Shown one piece after another: positions 32,170 to 44,809 of a stretch of DNA of 64,000 nt. The notes below the pieces were generated by a model. The model worked only from the letters and a program-made list of their open reading frames with translations, did not search any database and was not told the DNA's origin. The position numbers were made by a program, and so were the translations under genes. Source of the DNA: Oopsacas minuta. Lineage: Eukaryota; Animalia; Porifera. Positions within the stretch are counted from its first letter, which is position 1. Each line of letters starts with the position of its first letter. Location: NCBI GenBank assembly GCA_024704765.1, contig JAKMXF010000300.1:372001-436000 (forward strand), read 5' to 3'.

Positions 32170-35100
32170 TCAATTGAATAGATCTTCCATGGTCGCTGGA
32201 TCTCTCTCCTTTCTTGGCTTTTTCGACTTTTTTGAAGAATCTGTAACTTTCTTTTTCTTCGGTTTATCACTCTTTAACTTCTGATCGGGTAACGCTCCGA
32301 ATAGATCATCTCCGCCAAACAATTCGTCATCAGTTCGCTTTACAACCTTAAATTTCTTTGATTTATCTACCGGGACATGGATTTCCTCTACAGGGTCTTT
32401 TTCATTATCTAAAGGTTTGGAATTAAGGGGGTCTTCTTGGAAAACAACGGGAGAAGCAGTTGATCTCTCGTTACTCACTGTTTTGTTTTTTGTTGCTTTA
32501 GGTAGAGCTATTGATGCAAATAAATCTTCTGGAATATCTACTGATATAGGATTTTGTTTCTTTGTAGATACAGCTGATATAGGGGCTGTATTGTCTACCT
32601 GTTTTTCTTTAGTATGTGGTTGTCCAATAGGCATATCTGTGGGTTTTGAAAATGAATCATTAATGTGTTTCGTAGGTTTAGAAACATTTCCAAACAATGA
32701 AAAATCATCTTCATCAGGAATATTAGTTGTATTTATTCTTCTACTTGCTTCTGTAGTTGAGTTAGGAAATGCAAATAGGTCATCCCCTAAATCACCATTG
32801 AATAGCTTTGCTTCAGGTTTGATTGCAGTATCCATTGGATCTGTATAGAAGTTACCAAAGTCTTCAGAAGATGGTATGTTCTTGGTCCTAGTAACCCTGG
32901 ATGGAAGCCTCTTGCCAGGGGGTCTAGGTCGGCTCTTGGACACTCCCAATAGTTTAGACGGCTCCTCTTCTGAATATGATCCAGCTTCAGGTGTTGCTCC
33001 CATTTCTGCCCCCTTTGGCCTGTCTTTAGGAGCCATAGGGTTTGAGAATAGATCTCCTTTATCCTCAAACAGTACTGCAGGTTGTGGTGCTGGCTTTCTC
33101 TTAGTAGGAGATCCTCCTGGTACCATGCCCTTACCTACAGCTTTATTTAATTCGCTTAAGAAATTATTCCCTAGTGCTCCTGATAACTTCTTATTTGTGT
33201 TAGGCTTCTGCATATCCTCTGTTGGTTCTGGGACAGGGGTGGGAGTTACCAACGTTTCGAAAGAAGAGTTGTCAGCTCTTGTTTGTCTGTTTTTCTGACT
33301 AGGAGGACGTCTCCCTGGGTTCTTAGGCCTAGAGGTAGTTAGCGAGGGAAGCAGAGTAGGTTCAGTAGGAGGGCCTAGAGTAGCAGCTGATCTTGTAGAG
33401 ATATTAGTATGGATAGGACTTGTTGGATCGAATAGACCACCATCACCTGTATGGGTATCAATAGGTGAGAATAACGTAGGAGCAGTAGACTTAACTTTTG
33501 ATGGCTTAAGTTTAGCTACAGGAGCAGGTGATCCAATAGAATTAGGAGAGGAGGCATCTATGAATAAATTTAAGCTAGCTGGAGTGTCAAATAGTCCACC
33601 GTCTTCTTTTTCATCTGTCTCTATAGCGGAGAAGAGAGAGGGAACGGCTCTTGGTTTATCAGAGGGAGTAGGAGCGTTAGTGGATGGGGCAATGGAAGGT
33701 TCTGGTGTAGGTTGTATTGGAGAAAATAGTTCATCATTTTCTGATAATAAATCTGTGCCAATGGTAGAGACAGGAACAGCTGGAGTAGTCTCAGGTTGTT
33801 TATTTTCTAATATATTAAATAGATCATCATCTGAATCTGAATCTGTGCCTAACGGTTGGAATAATCCTCCTATAGGTTTAGTATCTTTTACTTGTACTTT
33901 AATATCTACAGCAGTTTTATCTATTATCTTCTCAATAGCTGTATTGTTGTCTTGTTGTTGTATAGGTTCAGGGGTGTGCTTAGGGAGAGGAGAGTCTGGC
34001 TTGATAGCAGTACTGACAATACTTTTAGGTTTAGTTGATGTAGAGAAGAGATCGTCTGAATCTTCTCCCGAGCTATTGAGCATATCAAGTCCGTTTGAAA
34101 TGGTAGATTTAACTACTGTTTTAAGTATATCAGCTTGTTTATCTTTTTGTTTATCTGTTTGTTTATCAGTTATCTTCTCTGTTTTGTTAGTAATAGGCTC
34201 TGTAGCTCTAGACATGGAGCTGAACAGATCCTCTTCTGGACTAGAATTATCATATAGATCAAATCCTTTAGGTTTAACAGTCTTTTTGCTATCTTTATTC
34301 TTAACAACAGTGATAGGAGAATTAGTATCTTCTCTACTAGATGCTCTGTTACCAAGAATAGCAGCTTGATCTATACCAGAGAATAGCTGTACTCCACCTA
34401 CAGGTTTCTTAGTACCTGTCCTCTCCTCTGACTTGATTGTATTCTTGCTGAAAGTTGACGCAATGAAGAGATCTTCATCAGAATCTGAAGGATCAAAATT
34501 ACTCTCTCCAACTCCGAATAGAGTTTTAACGTTGCTAGATGCTTCTGAGGTTTGAGGTTCTTTATTCTCTTGTTTTCGCTGTGTTTTTTCTTTCTTAGAT
34601 TTATCTTTTGGAGTATCAGGAGAGAACAGGTCTCCATCTGAATCACTACCACTAAACAAACCGAAATCTACCGTCTTCTTACTGCTGGTCGATACCAGAG
34701 TACGTGAAGATTGAGTTAAGTCTTCAGTTTTACTTTCTCCATCACCATCATCACTCCCTGAGTCTAGGATATTAAATACAGTGTCTTCTCCTGGTGAAGG
34801 CTTCCTCTTGATTTTCTTCTTCTTAGTAGCAGAGGTAGGTGTTGGTTCGGATTCAATCGTCTCCTCAGATATCTGTCTATCAGTCTTTACTTTTTTCTTC
34901 TCTTTCTTAGGCTCTTCACTGAACAGATCTCCTTCACTAGAAGATCCGAATAAATCACCATCTGATGAGTCGTTTCTTCGAGGTTTTGAGAATTTTCCTT
35001 CTTTCTTTTTAGTACTAGACTCATCTGGAGAAGCACTATCTTCTTTTACAGCATTACTTATAGCTGTAGTAGTCTCATCTTCTGAGAATAGGTCTCCACT

Positions 35101-36233
35101 ACTCTCCCCCGAGTATTCAGCTACTCCTGGTGTTCCGTCTGGCTTCTTCCTCATCTTAACTTCTGTCTCAGTACTACCTGTAGAGTCTCCATCACTATCT
35201 GTTACGTCAGAGGAGTCAGAGCTCTCCTCCAGTCTCAGACCCAGATGATCTGTCTCATAGAAAGTAGCTGACCCTATCAGAGCTGGGAGAGGTCGTAGTA
35301 AGTATAGATCTTTAGGCTCTAGTTCTGTGGGTAGGATTGTAGAACGCTCTACTACTCCCTCTTCTCCTGAAGAGTCTGAATCAGGTTCCACAGATATAGG
35401 AACCTATTTTAAAGTATAATTATAGTAAATTATGGAATATTTTAGAACTTTGTAGGTAGTACCTGATCAAATGCATCATCTAGAATCTCTAGCCCCATCT
35501 GTACAGCTTGATTAGCTCTGTTCAATACCTCAGAATCAGCTGATCCATCTGTCTCGTCCTTAATGACGTCAGTATTATCTATTTCAGATTTTGCTTTACT
35601 TTCAGATCGAGTGTGCTCTGTCTCGTCTTCATCATAGACTCTGTTCTCCACGAATTGCTCCATGCTTAGCTTATGAAACTTGTTAGATACATTCTCTAGT
35701 CTACCACAAGAGCTCTGTGACTCTAGAGATAAACCATCTACTTGGTTGGTAATATCGTGTGTTCGAGTAGTTATGCGTTTAGAGAAGTCTTGTAGGTATC
35801 TATAATACAGCAAGTATATGTTATATATTTTGCTAGAGTTAATGAGTTAATTAACTTACTTGAGTAGACCAGCGTCTCCCGCTAGTGTCCAGTCACTACT
35901 GCCTTGTTTTAGCTCGGAAAGTGTCCAGCATCTCTCCCATACTTTATCTGTCTCTCCCGGGTCTACCTGTGTTGTCTGAGGAGGAGAGGACTTGGTAGGA
36001 GAGTCCTCCAAGAGTATGTGGTCTGTTTGTGTAGTAGGGTGTGAAGGAGTGGTGTTCTTAGAACTTGAGGCACTACTACTCTCTGTTCCTGAGGATTTAG
36101 TAGGACTCAGTCCGTTATTGTTGTTATAGTTAGACGTAAAGTGTTGTTTACTTTGTTTTTGTTGTTTCTTGTTTGTTGATTTGTTGCCAGACACTTGTGG
36201 CAGGTCTGGAGGTGGGGCTGGAATAGTCGGCAT
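32170..36233 (-). CDS. WASHC2: WASH complex subunit 2 (FAM21); exons 36233-35860, 35799-35463, 35403-32170; 1314 aa
   Basis: Head VWERCWTLSEL..WTLAGDAGLLKYLQDFS..QFVENRVYDE matches FAM21. The tail has many acidic LF motifs (DLFS, DLFG, GLFD) and CPI-like motifs. Introns of 60 and 59 nt. Confidence 0.92.
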
Positions 36234-36565
36234 TGCTAATTAACTTTACAGAACATATATTAACTAATTTCTTAAATAAATATATATATGCCCAGTAGAG
36301 ATTACAGATGTTTCTATTCAAATGCGGTAAATGAATACTCTATAGGGATTTACACACCAAATTTGATAAACCATGAACTCTGGTTAAGATATGAACAAAC
36401 GCGATTATTTAATTGAATATGGCTTTCCTGCGCATACAATATATGCTAGTTATATTGTAATTGCATAAGGATTGAACTGTGCTATGCTTGTGACATGCTA
36501 ATTCAAAGCCTTGGTTATTGGATATATCATCACGAGGGGTCTGGTGTGTTAACAAGTCTTAAATA

Positions 36566-36616
36566 ATGTATCATATATAATTGCATAATATATATGATAC
36601 ATAACTGCCTGGCAGT
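36566..36616. repeat. Perfect 14-bp inverted repeat (9-nt loop) plus adjacent 6-bp palindrome
   Basis: ATGTATCATATATA 36566-36579 / TATATATGATACAT 36589-36602; ACTGCC-T-GGCAGT 36604-36616. Confidence 0.85.
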
Positions 36617-36716
36617 AGATTATAAGAAATCATTATTTGGACTATGGATTGTTAACTATTATATATCAAATAATATTGACATCAAATATACTCTATAATC
36701 ACATGAAACAACTAAC

Positions 36717-39358
36717 TTAAGTTGTGAAAAATGATAGAATTGAATCTGAAAAAGCGATGCATCTGGATGGGTGAGGCACGTGATGGATGGGTAGAACAGA
36801 ACGACTGCATAACGACCAGCTCTGTACATTGGAATGCTGCATTTGACACTTGTCAATGAATGTTTTAAGATCAGCAGCTAGTCGCTGAGTTTGTACCGAA
36901 TTTTGTACAAGATTATTAGGACTTAATGTATTAGCCTTGAGCAAGCTATAGCAAACTTTCTTATTCAATTCTATATCAAATAACGGAACACCGAATGATA
37001 CATCTAATAAGACCCAATCTGAGAATATATTAGCACCAGCTGGAGCTATTGTCTTAGGAATAACACGATTAGACATGTCAATAGATTTGGTATCAATATC
37101 CTGATCTATCGAGATGGCATCAGATGCTGAATCAACTGCTAGCTGTTCATCAAATAATTTTAGATCATCTAATTCTTTGAGGAAGTTCTCAGCCATGCTC
37201 TGGGCAGTTGTGAGCTTAGAGGGAGTGGTAGGGGATTCTGGAGGGTCTCTATATGGTGATACGTCGATGAGGACCTCCGGGGTGACTGAGGTAGTCGGTA
37301 CAATTATGGTCTCTTCTAACAGGGGGAGAGATATCCCCCTAGGGAACTCTGTTAAGGTGTCGGTTAGCTCTTGAGGAAATGGAGGCATAGAGTAGCCATT
37401 AGAACCAAAGTTGTAGAAGAAATTAGGGAGACGGGAGGGTCCTACTTTTAATAGAGTAACATATCCACAGGACAATGACAAATCAATCAGCTGTCCTAAT
37501 CTCTGTATAACAGACTGTATGGATGAGTCAAGTGAACTCAGTTCGTCATGACGAATAGGAAGAGATATATGTTTGGTAATCGTATCAGAACCAGTGCTAT
37601 AAGCTTGTAGAAACACTGGTGTATGTGTAAGAGCATCGTTAACTGTCTGTAGTATTGTATTAGTGGATAGAATGATAGGATCATGTCCCCAGGTCTCACA
37701 TAACACTTCGCTGAATGGCCTGAACATAGCTGGTAGAGTTTGTAAGCGTGTACCTCGAGTAAGGAGTAGAGAAGGAGGTCCGTGTTCTAAATGCTCGTAC
37801 AGCCAGAGTTTGAACCATACAGAGCTACAGCTCTGAGAGGGAGGGCCCATAAGAGGAGGACCATCTGGTAGAGAGGGGATACCAGCCTCACAGCTGAGAG
37901 GTGCCATGGATACTAATGCATTATAATTTTTAGAGAGGAGACGCTGACAAGCTTCAGGGTCTAGCTGGGCGATAGATTCCGCACGTAACAGATCCATTGG
38001 TAGAGGTTTCTTTGTGTCAGAGGATCCACGAAGAATTGTTAAAGTGTTAAAAAGCGCATGTGCGTGATCAAAATATCTCTGTGCTTCTCCCTCAGATAGG
38101 AAACTAATCTGAGCTAACTCGTTTAGAAACGAGTCAATATTCTCATCACTCAGTTTACCAACTTCAAACATAGTAACAGCATGAGTCTTAAGCCCAGGAG
38201 ATAGGTTACCCATCATTAGATAAGCAGTAATAGAAGAATCATATAAGAATCCTAATCTCTTAGGTCTGCTTGTTTCTTCACTCTCATCCATGGTTGATTC
38301 TGCTAGAAGAGGCTCTTTAGGATTTACATCGATGAGTAGGAAATCTGTAGAATCACTCTGTGTCATTGTTAGATCGGATTTGCTGACATCCAATGGCAGA
38401 GATGGATTCTTCTTCTTTGCTAATCCTAGTCTTATAAATAGACTCACAGCCTGACGGACATTTTTAGCATTTGTTTGAAGGATTGTTGACAGCTCGTTGA
38501 CAGATGTGTCATCATTTGCAGATAGAAATATTTTGTATAGGAGTGTTTCTATCGCGTCACCTTGTACCCTATTCATTACAAACCCTTCTAGAGGAGGAAA
38601 TGATATTCTATCAGATTCCAACACTGGTATCTCGAAGTATATCATTTCTTTAACGTAGAGAGATGCTATGACGTCAGGCTCTAAGTCACAGGCAGCTGTA
38701 GGACCTTCATCAATTAGTTTATCAATTAGCTTGTGTTCTCCAACTGTAGAGTTCTAAAGAAAATTGATAAACAAGAAATTTTACGCATGAGTGATACACA
38801 TCTAAATACCTTTACTTCTTCTTCTGTAACGTAGCCAAGATGTACAACCCACCATCCTTCATAGTGTGAGAGCTGAGCTGGATGACTAGGTAGAGATTCA
38901 CGTATTCTACGAGAACGAAAGAACTTCTTAGCTCTGGAATTATTCATATATTCTATATACTGATTCCTACCTACTTCAGTTATTCTAAGACAATCTATTG
39001 CAGTGAAGTTAGGCAGTGTATCATAGCTCTTCTCTGTTATCATCAATTCATAAAGAATTGAGTGATAATACTTGAAGGGTGTCATTTTAAGCTTCTGTAT
39101 AATTTGTACAGATAGATGGTAAGGGAACAACAAAAGATCTTCCTTCCCACGGGCTAGCATTCTCTCGTAATATGCTCGCTCATCTTTCATAAAATCTCTG
39201 ACTGGGTTTGATTTCCACCTCAACTGATGTCTGATACTATAGTCTATTACGGCTGCTTCCCATTGAGATGGGGAGCTACCCAGGGAGGACCGGATGTGGG
39301 GCGGAAGCTCGTCCCATGGGACGTTATCTTGTATCAAAGTGTCTAATTCTGTGTTCAT
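36717..39358 (-). CDS. FAM91A1: FAM91A1; exons 39358-38810 and 38753-36717; 861 aa
   Basis: MNTELD..NVPWDELP, EKSYDTLPNFTAIDCLR..GRNQYI, LYDSSITAYLMMGNLSPGLKTHAVTMFEVGKLSDE; one 56-nt phase-0 intron. Confidence 0.95.
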
Positions 39359-39401
39359 TAGTTTCTAACAGGTCATTTCACTAATGTTAATTCTGTTATG
39401 T

Positions 39402-39701
39402 ATGTTACGGAAGATGTTGGCGATTGCATATACATGGCTTCATAATAAGGATTCTTTATGAATGTAAGCATTTCTCACTTTGCAGGCCACCGAGTAGGTG
39501 TTTGTGTTTACTATTTATACATTGGCACAGTTTCATGATTCTTTGTAGTCTTATTTGTGGGGATTTGGAAAAAGTGTCGAAATTTGGCAATTTTGGCGTT
39601 ACAAGTAAACCCTTAAATGATAAATTATAGACAAGTAAACACCTCCAGCAGCAGAAAGAAGCCATGTATATGCAATCGGTGAGCATCATCCTTCGTAACA
39701 T
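39402..39701. mobile_element. ~300-bp element with long imperfect terminal inverted repeats (MITE-like or fold-back)
   Basis: Perfect 21-bp inverted repeat CGATTGCATATACATGGCTTC 39421-39441 / 39658-39678, plus outer 8-bp ATGTTACG 39402 / CGTAACAT 39694-39701. No clear target-site duplication. Confidence 0.55.
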
Positions 39702-40677
39702 TTATAATACACTAGAATCACTGAAAATTTTATAAGTTGTATATTCCACTCAACATATCCATTGTTAGTATTAATCGTGAGTGAACCCAGGGATAAGTGA
39801 AAAATACAAACCTATCAGTTGGGAGAAAGTATCAATCAATTGTGTAACAAATAGCAACCACACACAATATGTCCTAAATATGCTATCGAATCAGATTATC
39901 AATTCTAAAAAACAGTGAATTACTAAAATATGTTCATGCTCTCGTTTCAGAGTGCCAAATTTGAACAAAATAGTGGTTTTAATGATGCTATCGTGTTAAT
40001 TAAGTTATAAGCTCATAAGAAAATATGGAAATAAGCCAATAAAATAGTCACGCTAAATAAATTTAAAAATACATTATCTAAGAAATGTATTATACCAAGA
40101 ACACCTTGTTTGGGCTGAATTGTTAGTATTCTAATTATTGAAAGGTAATCTTAGCTAATGAACAGAGAGATAAACTTATAAAACACGTGCGGAGATGATT
40201 GATATAATTTATACAACTATTATCCTTTATTCATTCATATAATTTGTGCATTATAACACAAAACGCCTTTGAGCCAATTGTTAAAATTCAAACAATAAAA
40301 TGGTTTTAAAATGAATCAGTTTACTCTACATCTCACGGTATAATCGTTTAACAATTGGTAAACGTAATAAATTTGATATATTTATTAACAATAGAATCAT
40401 ATATACATAAGGGATATCTCCAATTGATCTGCAATATAATAACAATTATAATACCTAAGAAGTATCATAAGTGAATAAAAACATTCGACTAAAAGGCCAA
40501 AATCATATTCGCCAAAAATCGACACTACAATCTTTCGATGCTTCTGAAAGGGATCTGTTTGGGCTGGACTGGCTTGTCCGGGATTTCATCTAAATCTCTA
40601 GACTGGGGTAAAAGCTGACGGCAAAGAAATCAAAAGCCGAAGCAATTTATAATCTCATTTCCTATATCAAAGTGATG

Positions 40678-43600
40678 CTACCTACATCCACAGCTAAGAG
40701 CTATCATATTCTTATACCTTTTAATTTCTAGAGTTGAACTGTCGTCGTCTTCATTGTAGACTATAAATAGATCATCGTATTCAGTTGGTGAGCAGCAAAC
40801 AGGAGGTGCTCTGTGAGGATTGTCAATGTGGATGAGTGATTGTATCAGCGCGTGATTTGTAGAGTTGTAATGGGAAGGGATCGGATAATGGCAGTTACCG
40901 TGACAATAGTAAGCATCAAATGATGGGGGAAAGATTACCCAATCTCCCCAGCCTATCGCGTCGAAATTAATCTAAAGAAAAAAGATTTCTGTAAACACAT
41001 ACAGTAACATATGTCATGTGGTATATAAGATTATAAATCTGCTTCAAAGACAGAAGATTAAAGATGTTTTCAGCATTTAACACTGATTCATCTTCTGAGT
41101 GAAATAATTATAATTCTAATGTATGAGGTAAAAGGAATAATGCATTAAGTAATGAAGACTTTTAGTTGTTATTAGGGAAAATTATGATTTAAGCCTTCAA
41201 AACAAAATATTAAAAGTATTTAATAGAAGTAAGGAATAATCACCTTTCCCTGTATTATATCACTTATCTGGGTTACGTTACAACGCACGAATTTGTAACC
41301 GAATAATAATCAGTAGCGGTTTGACACGTTAAGTTATCTAAACATTTAAACAGATAGACTATTTTAATTTTGAGAATAATCCCCCACTTCTAATAATTAG
41401 GTGAGTTCTAAATAGCTTTCAGTAAATTCTTAATAATTGAAAGTTGAGATAAACAAAAGTTGGTTTATCAATTCATTGAATTAAAAGCTAGACAGCAGAG
41501 CTAGAAGGTTGTTATGATAAATTTCATTACAACCAAACAACTGGACCAAATGGATTACGACCTATTCATCTACATGTATACATTTATTGAGTTGCATGAT
41601 AAGATATATATTATCAATTTTAGTGGTAAACACGTGCAAAGTAGGACATATTCCCAATAAATATTTGGCTCCTGTTTCGATAAGATACCATTGTTTGACG
41701 TACTGTATATTGCTCAGCATTGTAGTATAATAATTAATGATATGTGACCTCACGTGGAAATATAGGAGGATGTTCGAATAATGTAAAGTTTAAATTAAAA
41801 TTCTTGAAATTTCTCATAATAGTACTATGCAACAAAGGTACTTAATGACTATTCCATTAGCGTAATTGACTTAGGTTGAAAGCAGGTGGTAGAAGCATTA
41901 CACAATATGAGTTATGGAAATTACTGGTAGTAAACATAGATATTATGATAAATAATTATTTATAGATGTGTAATTAATACCAATCGCATACTAGCTGTAC
42001 AAGCTAGGGACTATTCACTATTGTAAATGCGATTAAATGGTAACATATCACTTCTACACATGGTTAAGCACAGTATAACAGAAAACTGGCTAGTGAGTTT
42101 GTTGTATGCAGCTGAGCGTATAATACAAAGTTTAAGCTAGTAGCAATTACACAGCTGTCGACTGTATGGATAGGAACAAAAGCAAGGATGTCAGTTATCG
42201 ATGTGTAAAGCTGATGCGGTTTTCACAAACAAATGGAAGTATTAATATACGTATCTACTTACTTGGTTAGAGTATCTCTGACAACTTGTGGAAGCAGAAG
42301 AGCTCGTACCTTGTAACCAAGGAGGAGTTTCTGTAGGATCAGAATTTCTATTACTAGATGATTCCACACTTCTCCTTACGATTTCTCTAGCTACATCTTG
42401 AGGAATATCATTGTAACCATCATTACCTTCAATTACATTATAAACCAATAACAATGGGGTAGCTTCTATTTCTATGATACCAAGTTGAGTTAAGGTAGCT
42501 TGATTATGGCAATGAGAAGAGACTTCTAATTTAAGTTCTAGAGTCTGTGAAGTTTGCCATCTTGAGAGCAAGCTTGTTAGCTTGGAGCTGTGGAAACTTA
42601 GGTATTCAGGTGTTATAAGGTCATTTGGTTTTAACCGCAGTCTCCCTACCTAAAACAATTAGAATATATAAAGTAATCAGCTTCGAATCTGATCACTATT
42701 ATGAACCAAAAGTGACAGACTCAATCATTCAAATATTAAAACAACGTAAAAGTGCATAAATACGAAACCAATTATGGACATTCAAATACATTTTGTGAAT
42801 TTAAGATTGTCATCGGTATAGAGTCACACGGAAATTTGTAATAATAAATGTATTCGAATCCGTAAGAGTTATATAAATAGAATTTATTGATGCCGTGTAA
42901 TGGACTCTGCGAATTCATAGTGCGAGTTCAAAGTTTGACAGGCAAAGGATAAGAATTGAAGCCAGAGGGACCGCTATATGATATTCCTTCGATGTAACGA
43001 TGGTATTGTAAATATGAGGGATGGTTCAGGATCATTTTTATCCATTTTTAGTTCGAACTAATTCCCATTAGAATTCCGCAAATTTTAATAATTATTATAA
43101 GGTCACTTACGAAAAATGTTCGTTCTCTACCAAGATTATTTCCTCTCAATAGTGTAGCAGAGAGAACCAGAGTCAAACATTGTCCAGAAATATCTCTGTT
43201 TGTCAAAAGAGAAAGAAATTCAGGGTCTTTTGCTGCTGATTTCCAAATCCGTAATTCTCCAAAATGAACTCTTTCACGAGAAGGTATCGATTTAATATCA
43301 AAGTGAAATGATAATTGATTCTCTAATTGCGCTATATCTTCCACATTATTTGGCTCTAAGATAGAGAGGTTAAATATTATTGAACTATTAATTTGTGTAA
43401 AGAAGTTGTTAAAACTAATACATTCCACACTATCCCTCAATTCTTGACAATTCAGTGTAAATAGTGGTAGCATAATAGTGATAAATAATCAGCTGGATGA
43501 ACTAATGTTGCAAGGAAGAATTAATTGTAACCAGCTGTGTATGTAACATATGTATGTAGAAAAGGTAATTGTAGCTATATGCAGAGCGACATAATTTCCA

Positions 43601-44809
43601 AAACAACATGGTACAATAAGAATTTGACACCTTACAAATAAATTATATTATCTACAACTTCTACCACAAATAAATCTTTTTACTAGAAACTGTGGTAACA
43701 TGTTAGATACATAATTAAGGAACATATTCCAGGTGTAGATAGCAACATTAGCGCAGTTGATATATATGAATCAAAGTCATTAGGGAAGTGCACGACAAGC
43801 TGTTTTGGTTTACATTGGTGAGTACAGATATAACCTTTTACCTAATACATGAATAATAACAGACAAACAACTGGCCTAAATACAATTGATGACAGATTTT
43901 TGGAATCCATGAATAAATCAATTGGTAGATTGGGCTTTCGGAAAACTGGATAAGTAATCATTAAAATGTAGCGTGCATTAAGCAGTAGCAACTCAATAAG
44001 TAAAAATATTAGCACTCATGAATCAAATCCTGTCGGATTAACGAGTTAATACCTAATTAATAATCGTTTATGAGATTCTGTTTATGAATTCATTACACCG
44101 CTAGAATCCAATGAAGCGCTAATGTGGGATTAGAAAGCAAATATTTATATACTCTTACTAATCGGTTTTCACAAGTAAATGTTGTTTGAGTGTTTCCATA
44201 TGAGAAAATATCTCAAGAAACTGTATACGTATTTATTACAGCACAGTTGTAATATTCAATACATGGAGGATATGACGTTTAACTATATCGGGAAAATTAG
44301 CAAAGTTGAAGATTGCAAGGATTTTAGGAATGAATAAATTAAAAGCAAGTTTTGAACTTAGCTTTTATAAATTATCCTTATGATACTGTCTGTTAATCTA
44401 AACTAATTAGAGAACATCAATATATTTATAACATACTTTGAGGATATAAACTTCGAACATTATCTGCTAAGTGGACAAGTTTCATCTCTTCAGGTCCAAC
44501 AAATCTTGAGTAGAATATGTTCTCTGGGTCAATCGGATGTCTGGAATTACGGTTTAAAGCTTCGTACATGTCCAAAATAAATCGGGAAAGTCCATGTGTT
44601 GGTTTTTCAGTAGTATTTATAGTGTGTGTAATATTTGGTTCTGGAGTAGAGGTTACCTCCCCTGTTGAACGGCAATAAATCCAATGAGGTGGAGATAGTA
44701 TATATAATAATAATAAGTAGAGCACTAGACGAATTTGAATATTTTCAAATACTCGATGCTTCCAGGGTGAATATATCTGAAAAAATTTCTTAATCGTATT
44801 GTAAGACAT
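40678..44809 (-). CDS. TGF-beta superfamily ligand, BMP-type; exons 44809-44437, 43442-43111, 42649-42263, 40971-40678; 461 aa
   Basis: Prodomain FILDMYEAL and ADNVRSLY, plus a hydrophobic signal segment. Mature domain C-QRYSNQ|INFDAIGWGDWVIFP..YYCHGNC..NSTNHALIQ..CCSP..YKNMIALSCGCR* has all 7 cystine-knot cysteines. The last exon is absent from the ORF track; the exon 2 acceptor is the least certain junction. Confidence 0.92.

Noticed and set aside
32417-35248. Long plus-strand ORFs (e.g. 33560..34369, 269 aa) opposite WASHC2
   Set aside because: Antisense shadows of a low-complexity coding exon with no recognisable motifs. The same applies to shadow ORFs over SRRM1, the PH-RUN gene, PARD3, NIPBL and the ABC gene.
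39424-39701. Short ORFs 39424..39630 and 39456..39701 as an extra FAM91A1 exon or small gene
   Set aside because: FAM91A1 homology begins at the ATG at 39358; these ORFs fall inside the inverted-repeat element.
40540-40610. SECIS element or hammerhead ribozyme near the BMP 3' end
   Set aside because: ATGA..AA is present on the minus strand but no matching helix II with a 3' GA pair; no in-frame TGA in the BMP gene; CTGACGG does not fit the hammerhead CUGANGA core.
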